Assembly (NCBI GenBank): GCA_022605425.2
Contig: JAKIMF020000004.1
Coordinates: 992,001 to 1,056,000, forward strand
Length of the DNA stretch: 64,000 nucleotides
Direction: 5' to 3'
Source: Hamiltosporidium tvaerminnensis FI-OER-3-3
Taxonomy: Eukaryota > Fungi > Microsporidia
Of the stretch, positions 49,944 through 61,777 are shown one piece after another. Within the stretch, counting starts at the first letter, position 1; every line of letters begins with the position of its first letter. A program made the position numbers and the translations under genes. The notes below the pieces were generated by a model. It was not told the DNA's origin, ran no database searches, and saw only the letters and a program-made list of their open reading frames with translations.

Positions 49944-50462
49944 ATGAAAAATAAATACAGCGTAAAGATTGCTAATTTTGATGGTGTAAAAGCCTGTGTC
50001 AATAAAGCGAAAGTAAGCTTTAAAAACACACGAGAAACTTCTCGTCCACTTCTTAAGAAGTCTTTAGAAGACGCACTTAAGTATTTGGCTGATGTTGAAA
50101 ATTTTAAGAAATGTGTTCCATTTACAAGATTTAATGGTGGTATTCAATGTACTTCTCAAGCCAAGGGTCTATGTAAACCAAACAAAGGTAGATGGCCTTT
50201 AAAATCAGTAAAATTATTTAAAGGATTGATAGATAATCTCGTGGAAAATGCAAAAGCCAAAAGTATGGATCCAAAGGTTTTGGTAATAACACACGTTCAA
50301 GTCAATAAAGCACCCAAAGTACACGGAAGAATGCATCGAGCACATGGACGTGTCAGTCCTTATAATAAGAGTCCTTGTCATGTAGAAATTATTGCTACTA
50401 AACAGAAAGTGGATGTTCCATTGGAAGACGAAGATTTGAAAGTTGAGGAGTTGCAAGAATAA
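49944..50462 (+). CDS. RPL17: 60S ribosomal protein L17 (uL22)
   Basis: VSFKNTRET, CVPFTRFNGG, GRWPLKS, RAHGRVSPYNKSPCHVEI. True start placed at ATG 49944 after CCC; the track start at 49860 lies in the repeat. Confidence 0.95.
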   Translation: MKNKYSVKIANFDGVKACVNKAKVSFKNTRETSRPLLKKSLEDALKYLADVENFKKCVPFTRFNGGIQCTSQAKGLCKPNKGRWPLKSVKLFKGLIDNLVENAKAKSMDPKVLVITHVQVNKAPKVHGRMHRAHGRVSPYNKSPCHVEIIATKQKVDVPLEDEDLKVEELQE

Positions 50463-51091
50463 ATTTTCTTATTTAATTTCTTATAATTTTTATAAAAAAA
50501 TTTTTATATCTTTTCACAGTAAAATTTTTATTTAAATTTGAGAATATAACAATGTGGAATTAATTTTTTTATTTATAATGTAATTTATTTTTTTGCTTAA
50601 GAACTAATATTTCGAAATATTTAATTTTTTACTTTTAGGAATTTAAATCCATTTCTATATATAAATAATACTTTTTAATACTCAGTAATGAATTGGTTAA
50701 TACTTAGTTAATAACTAGAAATACTTCTTGATACTTAGTAATATTTAAAAATGAATTGGTCATGTCTTTGAACTATTTATACCACGTTATTTCAATATTA
50801 CTCGGTTACAATTTATTCCTTTTACTTATATATTGAATCTTGAGTAAAAAAAAATTGAAAATGCCGTTTTCTTAAATGAAATAAAAAAGTTTCTTGATTC
50901 ATACGAAGAAATGAAATACAAATCATATTATTTTTTTTATTTTAGAATTATATTCAATTACTTATAAAATACAAGTGTACACTATAAAATACATTTGAAT
51001 ATATTTTTCTACTTTTTAATTTTCTTTTTGGATAGATTAAAGTCATAATATTGTTTTTCTTTATCAAAATTTAAATGCTATTTAAGAATCA

Positions 51092-51801
51092 AAGGAAAAC
51101 TACATAAAAAACTTTCTGTTTAGCAATGTGTGTTTGAAACTAGTGTGAGGATAATTAGTTGGGTTTTCGGTTCGAATCAAACCTAACTACATCTTCGGTT
51201 GTTCCATGAGAGTTTTTATTAGGAGGAGAGGTCTACGAAATGGCGAAACTTTTTCTACAAATTTATTTGTAGTTTTTTATGTAACCAGATTGCAGACCGC
51301 AGCTGAACATGTAGGTAATTGCCATGTAAAAGCATGGAAACCTAGCCTTGCTCACTCGGGTTAGAAGACTTAGCGCCTGGGAGATACAAAACAAAGACCC
51401 ATTTAAAGCCTGGGAAGCTAAGTAACAAGTTATACCTGTTGGTATGACATTGCACCTTCTAGATGGAGCCCATGTAAATCGCTGAAATATATCTTAGCTA
51501 GAATTTTATTGGGTTCAGAAAGTGTAGAGTAAGTTAAAATGCTGCATAGACTTGGGGGAGCCCAGGGGGGGGCTTCGGCCTTCGATCACACTCCATGCAA
51601 CGAACATTAACGAACTCCGGGCAACTGCCTCGCCTATTAAGGTTCTGTACACCTGGTAGATGAAAGGCTTTGGGACGTAGGTATCGCAGGGGGTATTGAT
51701 GGAGTAGCAGTTATTTATGTTAAACCTAGAACTGCGTTAATGTCATGAAAAAAATATAACACTTGCCACTATTTTAAAAAGATGTGATATTTTTAAATAA
51801 A
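51092..51801 (+). ncRNA. Copy B (best preserved) of the ~710-nt structured non-coding repeat family
   Basis: GC-richer island with many perfect or G-U helices, GGC-TTCG-GCC hairpin (51571-51580) and terminal AATAAA. Collinear with 1164-1885 and 61778-62364. Confidence 0.65.
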
Positions 51802-51959
51802 GTTATTTTAAGCCTCAAAATAATAGAAACCTCAATTTAAATGCTATTAATCAAATACTATTAATTAATTATATCATTTTAAATACTAATAATTAATTAT
51901 TATCAAGCAATAATATAAGCGTTCATTAGATCTAATAATTTTAATTTTTCTAATAATCT

Positions 51960-52080
51960 TTTGTAAAATTTAGTTACAATACCATCTCAGGTTATCACAA
52001 AAAGGATAATTTAAAAATACATTTATAAATAAGACCTAACTCATTAGCTAACAAATCATATATTTCTATTTAATTACTAT
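51960..52080 (-). mobile_element. Small R4/Dong-type fragment
   Basis: TTATAAATAAGACC.AA.TCATT.GCTA matches 12076-12104. Confidence 0.6.
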
Positions 52081-52399
52081 TTTTCGACGAGATTAAATAA
52101 AAACAAAATAATCTATGCCATAATTTAAGAAATAACTTATTCGATGTGCTTCAGTTATTATTTTATGCAAAAAAATATTTTTTTTTGATTTTAAGGGTTT
52201 TTTCTTGATTCAATATTTATTCTTAAAAATAGTAAAAATTAAAAAAAATTATGTCCAAAGTTTTTACAAATTATTTAAATTTTAGCAGCAAATAAGTTTT
52301 TTATATAATTTTTTTTAATTTTTACTATTTTTAAATGAATTACAATTAAATGCAAATTTTTCAATTTTTTATCTCAAAAAAGTTTGTAAGATTTAAAAA

Positions 52400-52660
52400 A
52401 TTTATAATACCAGTAAAGACTAGAGAATGAATTTATTAAAGAAAATATCGTTAAATATAAAACATTTATTGTACCAGCTGAGTTTAGAGAATATATATAT
52501 TATAGATAATATCCTTGAAAATAAAACAGAATTTATAGTATCAGCTGAGTTTAGAGAATATTTTCAAGAAAATAAAAACAGGATTTATATTACCAGTGAA
52601 TACTATGGAATACATTCTTTGAAATATAAATAAAACTGGATTTATAGTACAAGTTAAGAG
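52400..52660. repeat. Imperfect ~55-bp tandem repeat downstream of the eL40 gene
   Basis: AAATAAAAC..ATTTAT.GTA.CAGCTGAGTTTAGAGAATA recurs about 5 times. Confidence 0.75.
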
Positions 52661-52715
52661 TAAAAAACATATTTATTTGAGAAAATGTAAATAAAAATAA
52701 AACCAAATTTATTAA

Positions 52716-53105
52716 TTATTTCTTATCCTTTCTCTTCTTTTTAGGTCTCAAATCAGCACAATGTCCACACTTTTGATTTCTGCAGTGAGTGGCATTTGCT
52801 CCGTTCCTACAGTAGCACTTCCTACATATTTTAATATTTTGATATGACATGGCAAGTGCACGTGTATTTTCTGAAAGAACACCACCCAATAGTTTCTGTG
52901 TCATAGAAATAGTTGAAAGAGAAGTAATTCCCATTTCTTCTAAAGAACATCCATTTAGTGGTCTATTACAGTAAAATAATAACTGATCTTTTGATACAAT
53001 TCCTGTTTTTTCTTGTAATATACCTTTCAACTCATCACTAGATGATTTACAAGGTATATCAACTGTAATTGTATTTTGTCCCAAGCATTTTACAAAAACT
53101 TGCAT
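52716..53105 (-). CDS. RPL40: Ubiquitin-like-60S ribosomal protein L40 (eL40) fusion
   Basis: MQVFVK...LLGG followed by ICRKCYCR...ATHCR..KCGHCADLRPKKK. CCCC upstream of ATG. Confidence 0.93.
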   Translation of the reverse strand: MQVFVKCLGQNTITVDIPCKSSSDELKGILQEKTGIVSKDQLLFYCNRPLNGCSLEEMGITSLSTISMTQKLLGGVLSENTRALAMSYQNIKICRKCYCRNGANATHCRNQKCGHCADLRPKKKRKDKK

Positions 53106-53163
53106 TTGGGGTGAAATTTTGATTTTTTTAAAAAAAGAAAATTTAAAAGAAGAAATTTTTTAT

Positions 53164-53970
53164 TTAATCTTTTCTTAGTGGAAATACAGATTTTTGTATT
53201 TCACCTTCTTTGATGATATAAACTTCAAGAAAATCCCCTGTTTTAACATCTCGTTCTGAAGCAGCTTCAAATGCCTTTTGTACTAATTTAAGACCATCCT
53301 CATCATTTAAATCTTGAATTGTACAATTGTTCCAGTTTTTCTTAGAAATAAGACTGTCAAGTAAAGGTTGTATCATACCTGCTCCACTACCATTACATCG
53401 ACACGAACATTCTTGATACGATCCTACAGGATCGTAGCTATAAATATAAGGAATTTTATTTTCAAATCCGCATAAACAACAGAAAGTAAAATACGGAAAA
53501 AATCTTTTAGAATACAAAATATTGCATAAAAGATGAGCAGCAGAATGAATTGTAATTTTCTTATTATGTTGTACTTCGTACATATTAATTTGATATTTCA
53601 ATCGAATAGAAAGTTCATAACTATCTGCATAGAAACCTGTAGTAGTTAGAATAAAATCACCAATACTATATATTTTGGTCATTTCTCTAGAATTTATATT
53701 CATTTCTCCTGAGTGACGAGTGTCACATGCTGCTATTATATAACCGGACTGTTTTATACACAAAGTAGTTCCTGAATTGTTTTCGTAAGGATTGAATCGA
53801 CCATTACTTGATTCTTTTAAAGTTTCTTGTTCCTCGCTACTTTGTAAAATATTATTGGAAAGAAAAATATTTTCTTTTATTTTTAAATCTTTTTTTATTT
53901 CCATTTTTGTTAGAAGGCCTTCTAATTTTTTTTTTAAAAATGATTCATCATAAATATTATATAGTTTCAT
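53164..53970 (-). CDS. PRE7: 20S proteasome subunit beta6 (PSMB1/Pre7)
   Basis: RFNPYENNSGTTL, LYSKRFFPY, YSYDPVGSY, ASERDVKTGD. The start could instead be the later Met at 53904. Confidence 0.93.
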   Translation of the reverse strand: MKLYNIYDESFLKKKLEGLLTKMEIKKDLKIKENIFLSNNILQSSEEQETLKESSNGRFNPYENNSGTTLCIKQSGYIIAACDTRHSGEMNINSREMTKIYSIGDFILTTTGFYADSYELSIRLKYQINMYEVQHNKKITIHSAAHLLCNILYSKRFFPYFTFCCLCGFENKIPYIYSYDPVGSYQECSCRCNGSGAGMIQPLLDSLISKKNWNNCTIQDLNDEDGLKLVQKAFEAASERDVKTGDFLEVYIIKEGEIQKSVFPLRKD

Positions 53971-53974
53971 TAAA

Positions 53975-54205
53975 TTAAATAAAATTAGAGTAGGAAATAA
54001 AATTAGAGTTGGAAATAAAAAAAAAATTAGAAATAAAATTAAAGAAAAAAAAAAAAAAAAAAAGAATGAAATAAAATTAAAGTAGAAAATAAAATTAGAA
54101 TATGAAATAAAATTAGAATATGAAATAAAATTAAAGTAGGAAATAAAATTAGAGTAGAAAATAAAATGAAAGTAGGAAATAAAATTAAAGTAGGAAATAA
54201 AATTA
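53975..54205. repeat. 18-bp tandem repeat (AAATAAAATTAGAGTAGG)n
   Basis: About 10-11 imperfect units interrupted by an A-run, directly upstream of PRE7. Confidence 0.88.
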
Positions 54206-54699
54206 TATTTATTGTAATATTAGCACAACAAACATGAAAATATTTATACAATCGAGTTTGTTCCAACGAAGAGCAAAACCTGCCTCGAAATATTTATTTG
54301 ATTTGAAAAGAGTAAAGCACCAATAATAGTGTTCTGATTAATAATATGAATCTATTATTTGTTCTTAATTCTTATACAGTCAATAATAATGAGTAATAAC
54401 TAATATGAAAGACCTAGAAAGATTCTATTTGTTTAAAAAAATATTTCAGATAAATATTGTGTAAAAATCTTTTCTAGAGTTAAGTACATTACAATAAAGA
54501 GTTTAAAATTTATTTCATTGCTTTTTATATTTCAATAAAAAAATTTATGTAAGATTGATGTTTTTCTGTTGGTTCTTTTTGCAATTTATTTATATCCTTA
54601 ATAATTGCATAAAACAATTATTGGATGAATGATCTTATTGAATTTTATACCTGATTGAATTAAAAGATTTTCAATAAAAAAATATAGTATGATATACAA

Positions 54700-56857
54700 C
54701 GAATGAATTAGTCAATACATATGGCATGCATAAAAATGTTTTTTATGGTACAAAATCACTTGATACTAATAAATACATCATAAAGAATACGGAAATGAAT
54801 AAAAATTGATGATAAATTGAACTGAAAAAGAAGTAAATAACGATTAGCAAAGCTCTGAAACAATTATAAGCAGATGCTCAGAATAAGGAAAATTTTCAGA
54901 TAAAAAATAACATATTTTTGTTAGGAAACTGTTCAAAGACGGCTAAAATTCGGATTGATTGACAAAATATAAACGCAGCAGAACATATTTATCTTTATAA
55001 GTCATAGAACAAAGGCTTCAATGTATGCAGGAAAAAAAAGAAGATTCTAGAAGAGAAGATACAGCAAGTATGAGAAGAATCTTTAAAAAACGAACGCGAG
55101 AAATGTATGCAAAGATAAAGGGGCGCGAAAGGGATCTAGACTAGAAAAGTTGCAATGCAGAGCTAAAATGAAGAGCTAGTGACAGATCCGAAAAAGGTCT
55201 TGGATCTATAGGCAGAGTATTTTAAAGAACCTTTAAACGAAATTCTGCAGCCTAAAAAAGTGCTAGATCTTACAAACACACATAATACCAAATCAAAATA
55301 TACGAACAACATTCACATACTAGAGCTGTAACTTTTTGAAATTGAAGCGGCTATTAATTCCATAAAAAATGAAAAAAACCCGATGAGAATCGTATAAACG
55401 CGGAGATATTAATGTATGAAGGGTAGGTGCTTTTGAAAGAAGTTTTATCTCCGATCTTAAAGCTTTGGAAGCACGAAAAAGTGCCAGAAAATTGGAATAA
55501 GGCTCTTATAGTGCCAATTCACAAAAAGAGGCTCCGAATTTATATGCACAAACTACAGGCGAATATCTCTCCTAAATGTCACTTATAAAATATTGTCTAA
55601 AGTTATAGCAAGGCGTCTTAAACCATATATAGAAAGCAACCTCGGATCATAAATCGCTGGCTTGGAAAAAGGAAGATCAATAATTGACTGAAATTTACCG
55701 TAAAACGTCTTTTGGGAAAATGCTACGAGTATAGCCAGCCCATTCATCAGCTTTTTATAGACTAAAAATAGTCATACGATAGCATTAATCGAAATTTTTT
55801 TTCTGAAAAATTATCAGAAATGCAGATTCCCGAGAAAATCGTAAGCCTTATCCGAATGACAATAAAAAAGACAAACAGTAGAATTTATGTAGCAAAAAAA
55901 CGTTTCAGAAATTTTGAAATATGCCGTGGTTCAAGCAAGGCGATGCAATTTCCTGTATGCTTTTAAACATCACGCTCAAAAAGGCTATTGGAAAGGTAGA
56001 AACTGATTCGAGACAATATCTGAATAACAGAGAAGTACACTTTTTCGGCTATACCATGACGTTGACATCATAGAAAACAGGAAGACGAACTCGAGATCAT
56101 GTCAGGAAGATTGAATATGAAACACGAAAAGCAGGTCTTTGTATTAATGAGTAAAACAAAATACATGATAACTACAAGGAATCAGGAAAATATTCCAACC
56201 TACTTTCAGGTAGATGAATGTTGCTTCCTAAAAATAGCCTCCTTTAAATATCTAAGAGGGCTTCTAACCAAAGATTAATACAACAGTGCAGAAATAAAAG
56301 AGAGAATTAAATCAGGAAATAATGCATATTTTGGCTTACAAGAAATACTAAAATCTCGACTTCCAAGCCGGAGAAGCAATATAGTAATTATAAGACTATT
56401 CTTAGACTTATAGTGATGTATGGCTGCAAAACTTGGATATTGACAAAGCGTAATGAAGCAATACATAGGTCACGGGAACGAAAGATCTTAAGGAGAATAT
56501 TCGGAGCAATAAGAAACGGCAAGGAGTGTGAAAAATTCGTAACATCACCGAGCTCCAAGACTTATATTCAAATATAGAGTCAGTAAACTAATTAAAAGAA
56601 CCAGACTTTGATGGCTGAAGCATCTTTGACGAATGCTAGAAAGCAGAATAGCTAAAAAAAAGTATATGTGTTCAATCCCGATGATCGAAGACTCCCTGGC
56701 TGCACAAAAACTAGATGGACAGATAATATACAAAATAATCTCAGTAACCTTCGTATAGACGAATGGAAAAAGAGGCACTTGATTGTGACAGATGAAAGTT
56801 TATAGTGAATGAGGCTAGGGCTTTTAATGGGCCGTAATGATATTGAGTAAGTAAGTA
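54700..56857 (+). mobile_element. Degenerate RTE-clade LINE (RT domain and 3' end)
   Basis: Frames give IVPIHKK, NYRRISLLNVTYKILSKVI, KQGDAIS and FKYL. Ends in a (GTAA)n tail. Left boundary approximate. Confidence 0.88.
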
Positions 56858-57099
56858 GCACAAAAATATATAAGAATACAAGATCGGGTATGTATATAAA
56901 AACCTAAATGAAAATAGTGAAAATTAAGGGCTCTGCTTATGAATTTTAACATGATGAATATCCACCTTGTTGATTCTTTATTTGAAAGTAATATTTGTCT
57001 ATTTTTGACGATTTAATGGCTTGTATAGGTATAAGTCATTTCAGATTCCAAGAATTATAAGAGAATTGGGGTTAAGTTTATGAACACTAAAGTATGGTT

Positions 57100-59540
57100 T
57101 GTAGCTGTCGTTCTTAACCTTTTGAATGGCTGCATTCATTTGAATCTCAAGATTAGTTTTCTCTTCTCCAATTAAAAAGTGTTTCGATTTTGTGCAAATT
57201 TGTTGCTTATTTAAATAGTGTGACAATTTATTATCAAATAACTAAAGATATTATTTTATTTAATGACTAGACTGTTGTTGTTGATTATAATATTTGTAAA
57301 GCGAGGCTCTTTTTTTGAAAAAGACACACGTAGGTCATCACTTGCATTTTAGCGATTTTCCGCGCTGGTTTTATATGCAAAAGCGAGAGAAAACTTATTT
57401 CACACAATTAACTAGTAGAAATAACTTCAATGGTTCTTTTTCCAATTGTGGATAACCCTATAACTGTGTACACCAGAATTGTTGTAATTATAATTGTTCG
57501 AATTCCATTTGAATATGTCCACTGTCTCGCATTTTAATAAGATCTTCTTTTTAAAAATCACTATTATCCATCGAATTTGGGTTGTAAAGAAATGTTTCGG
57601 AATCTTTTTCTGAGTTTTGGTAATACTTCCTATAGAAAAATAACCATTGAAAGATTCGCGCAATAATTTTAAATGTATTGCAATGTCAGGTATATTTTAT
57701 TTTTTTCATTTTCTACAAAAATTGAATCGAGCAAAGGAAAGTTTACAAATTTTCTAATTTGAACTCGAACTACCCAAATTTCTAGTTTTCCAATAAACGA
57801 AGATAATTTTTTACTTGCTATAATATATCGTCCTAAATCCTTGGATGGATATGTTCAATTTATTTACGTGGCTGTATATTTCTGCTGAGTAGGCTAGTCT
57901 AAGTATATATAGCATCCTTACTCTCAAGATCCTTCACAAAATCAAACTTTCGACTAGTCTGTAACTGAATAATTTCTTCCCGTAATTCAAAAACTTGGCT
58001 AAGCATGCGGCGTTTATAGAGTTATCGTTTTGATGTTATATAGAAAGACAGTATGCGGAACACAAGTTCTTCACACAGGCACGAAAAATGCGATGATTAG
58101 AAGATCGTCCACGGATATATTTTACTACGTTTATTGCTAAAATTAGATGATATTTTAAGGCTTCTGGTAGATTATTTAACACAATGTAAAATGCAATGTG
58201 TTATTGGGACTTGCGGAAATTCCCTTTTCATGTAAGAAACAAATCCAGAATTATCGCCTAACATTGCTGATGCCCATCAATGCATCTTGAGCCTATAAAA
58301 TCCAAAGGTGATCATTTTTAAAGGAAAAATCTTTTTTGTGATAAAAAACATCAATTCCTCCCGAAGTCAACTTCGGTGGTCCACAAAATAAAAATTCCTC
58401 TAACATTTCCTTTTCTTTTACATATCGCACATATACCAGAAGGTGGCTGCAATTTCAACATCAGTTGATTCATCAAATTGTATACTTATTTCTAATCGGA
58501 CTTAAATTTATATCATCTATTATCTGCACTAAAATATCTTTACTAAGATCTCGAATTCGCGATCGAATTATATTTTTTGATAACGGAATCTATTAGATTA
58601 TATTATGTTCTTCGGAATTAATACCGTTTTAGCTATTATTAATGCTCAAGGTTTTATTAATTCATTAGGGATCTGTGAGGTATTTTTTTCTTTGCCCACA
58701 AATATTCTACTTGATAGAACGCTTTTGAGGCGGGTTTTGATTGGTGAAGCGCATGATTTTCGGATTTTACCCCCGGAATATAATCGATCTTTTTTGACTT
58801 TAAGCTGTGTATGTTATGCGTGCCTTCACCACCATGCTGATTTTTAAAATGACTAAGAACTTTGATGGTTTGATATAGCTGTTTGAAAGTATATTGGAAC
58901 ATAAAATACATTGAGTAGTTGCGTACTATCGTTTTCTGTTGCCCAAGTGAATCCAAACTACCATAATTACCGTATCATTGATGTTTTTTTGACATAGATG
59001 GATTCCCATAATCAATTAAATGATTTAAATTAACATAAAATATGTTTTACAAATTATGAGAAAATTACTAAGGTTTGTAGTATCAAGATAACATTTTTTT
59101 CGGTTTAAGCCACTGATCAATTAAAAGTTTATACATTGTTAAGATTCTTTAAAATTGGAATTATATATGCGTTGCATGTATTAGACACAAAGAGCTGTGT
59201 CGACCAATTGCCAAGGACGCAATGGTAGATTTGGATAGAGATGGAGAGAGGTGTGCTCTCTTGTTTAGAATAGTGCTTATTTTGCTGATACCTATCTAAG
59301 TCACAACGAGCATGACTGTCTATATATGTGTGGAGATCTTAGGCATAGCGACAAAATATACATAACTTTTTATAGTTTATTATTAGTCCTGCATATTTGT
59401 ATTTTGTTGCAAAAAAAAAAAACCATAATCAAAATTTCTGTATGAGCTTAGATTGAAAGGGACTTCTGTTGAACTCCAAAAAATGCCTTCTTGCTCCCCA
59501 AAAAATATCTGTCTGTATTCCCGATTAAGAACTGCTGTTT
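57100..59540 (-). mobile_element. Degenerate hAT (Buster/Charlie; ZBED5/SCAND3-like) transposon
   Basis: Minus frames IQFDESTDV, LLVYVRY and THCILH. Candidate TIR CAGCAGTTCTTAA at 59526-59538. Partner TIR not found. Confidence 0.65.
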
Positions 59541-59849
59541 TAGGAAGTCAATCAGCATGCGATTAGAAATAAGAATTTATTCATATAGTTTATTGATTCT
59601 TAATGATAAACTTAATGAATTATGATACTCTCATTCAGAGATTTATTGTAATAGCCTCGAAGCTCATATTTCATTCTATATTTATTTTATTTGATTCCAA
59701 TACTTTTATTAATACTTCTTTTTACATTATTTAACACAAAAGAATAACTAATTTTCAGTAGAAAAAGATGCACTATATCTCGCTATTTATAATTATAATT
59801 ACAAAGTATTCAGAGCAAGTTATTAAATTTATGAAATGAATTCGAATAT

Positions 59850-61160
59850 ATATATAACAAAGATAGAAGACGCACACAGATATCTTTATAAATATTTTCT
59901 AATAATTTCAGATAGTTAAAAAAACAAGAAATAAATAGAAAATAAAAATTAATTATATAAGGTTAAAAACTTAAAGAAACAAGTACCTTGAATTGATGTT
60001 TTTTTATAAAGACATTTAGAAAAACTGAAGATAATACAGGAAAAAAGAAATGTAGAAATTAGATGTTATTGAAGCCAATCGAAAGTTAATGAATTTCCAA
60101 TCATATTTAAAATGTTTTAAAGAAAGCTATTTGGCTGATATATTTAGAATTTAGAAGAGCAGGAATCACTTGAACAATTCCTTAAAATATTTATTTATTA
60201 ATATGACTTAGTAAAAAATAAAGAAAGAAATTATTTGGTGGTCAATGAATCAATTGATTATAGTATTAAAAAAGACCAAAGTAACAGATTCTATATTTTG
60301 TATATCATCTGACCCAAATTTAGAACGAAAGATTATTAAACACAACAAAATACAAAAAAAAATATCTAGTTGACGCATAATGTATAGTATAGTGGATATT
60401 CTGAATATTTTTAATAAAAACATCAGTATTAAATCTTATATAAAAATTCTAGCAGCAGAATCAGAAAAAAAAGACTGAAAACGCAGTATTGATATATCTG
60501 CATATGGAAACAAATTTTACACATACAATAACAATATATTTAGCAATATATTGGTTTATATATGAAAAAGTATCTATTTTTAAATGTAGAGGAGACTTAA
60601 GGAATGAAGTTTAGTAATATTCTATAGATTTGACGAAAGCACCGAAGTCAGTGGGCCTATCTAAACTGCCTTGAAACTCTATATTCAAGGAGAGAAAAAT
60701 AAAAATTATTGAGACAGTATTAGACTTATTCTAGTTCATGCCTCTGAAAAATAGGTGATAAAAAAAGATAAAACTATTTTAGTTTAGGAAAAAATGCTAT
60801 TTTGTAGAAGTATTCGATCATAATTTAAATCCAACGAGTTTTCGATAAAGTAAATAAGGTCTGTACTTCATTATTATTAAGATCCAAATATAATACATAA
60901 TATCCCAACAAAAGACTTGAATGACTACAACACACAAATGTATTTGTGATTATAGAACTTCTATAATTTTTTGAAACAAATTTTTAAGAAAAAAAAGACA
61001 AAGTGAAACCAGCAAGACAACGATATGATGCAAAATAAGATCTAAAAAAACCAAATACGGTGTGACGACGAAGTTTAGCGCAAAATAAGAAGAATTTGAA
61101 ATATCGCATAAGTTATCAAACTTTACTGAAGAGAGTGCCTCTGGGTAATAAGTAAGTAGG
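59850..61160 (+). mobile_element. Possible very decayed LINE remnant
   Basis: IDLTKA..SV RT-like motif at ~60625 and a GTAATAAGTAAGTA tail at ~61150. Confidence 0.35.
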
Positions 61161-61537
61161 AAAAAAATTTATAGAACTAAAATTTGTAATTCAAGGTATT
61201 TTTTTTAGTCGAACGATATGACGATTGGTATCTAAGTCTTTTTTTTGAATATCAGTGAATCGTAATTAACATTATTTTTGAGCTTAAATACAAAAGATTT
61301 TTTTCTAACGTTTTTATTTTAAATTTAAAAAATGTCGGATTCATTTGTACATATTATTAATAAAATATTGTTTTGTAAGATAAAATCATGATTTATAGTA
61401 AAATAATAAGGTTGTGTGACGGCGTTTGATTTATTCCGAGATCGATTTCAGGAGTATATGTCTTGTCATTTTAGAATGTATTTTTCAAGACTTGTTCCTT
61501 TTTCCACCGATGAATTTAAATATATTTAGTTTAGAAT

Positions 61538-61777
61538 ATTCATTCATCTATCCTTGGCACAACAGCCATGTTCGAGCCCTGGCTTCCCTTGGTAAACCGC
61601 CCACCGATCTTTTCCAGTGTGTTTGTTTACTTATCAGGTTTCGTAACAAAGTGGTTTTAAAGGGTGGGTTGTTAGCCCTACGCACAACCTCAATATGGAG
61701 GATTAGTCTCTTTTAGTCGCCTCTTAAGACAAGCAGAGAATACTTCAAGCCAATTCTGCTACCGGCATGGTGGGGAA
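61538..61777 (-). mobile_element. ~240-bp bipartite RTE-derived SINE-like element, copy 2
   Basis: Reverse complement aligns with 19516-19743 and ends in a GATAGATGAATGAAT microsatellite-like tail. Confidence 0.8.

Noticed and set aside
51141-51189. tRNA / Pol III B-box (GGTTCGAATC) and a telomerase-template-like AACCTAAC
   Set aside because: No cloverleaf, and neither motif is conserved in the other copies.
51296-51345. Similarity to the LSU rRNA 5' region (GCTGAAC) or group I intron P/Q/R elements
   Set aside because: Only a few matching bases, wrong motif order, and no other rRNA or intron landmarks.
51466-51555. Group II intron domain V/VI resemblance (GAGCCC...GGGTTC followed by a bulged hairpin)
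   Set aside because: The hairpin is ~51 nt rather than ~34, lacks the AC bulge and GNRA loop, there is no GUGYG start, and conservation continues ~250 nt downstream.
54039-54266. 75-aa repetitive hydrophobic ORF
   Set aside because: Translation of the 18-bp tandem repeat, with a non-ATG start.
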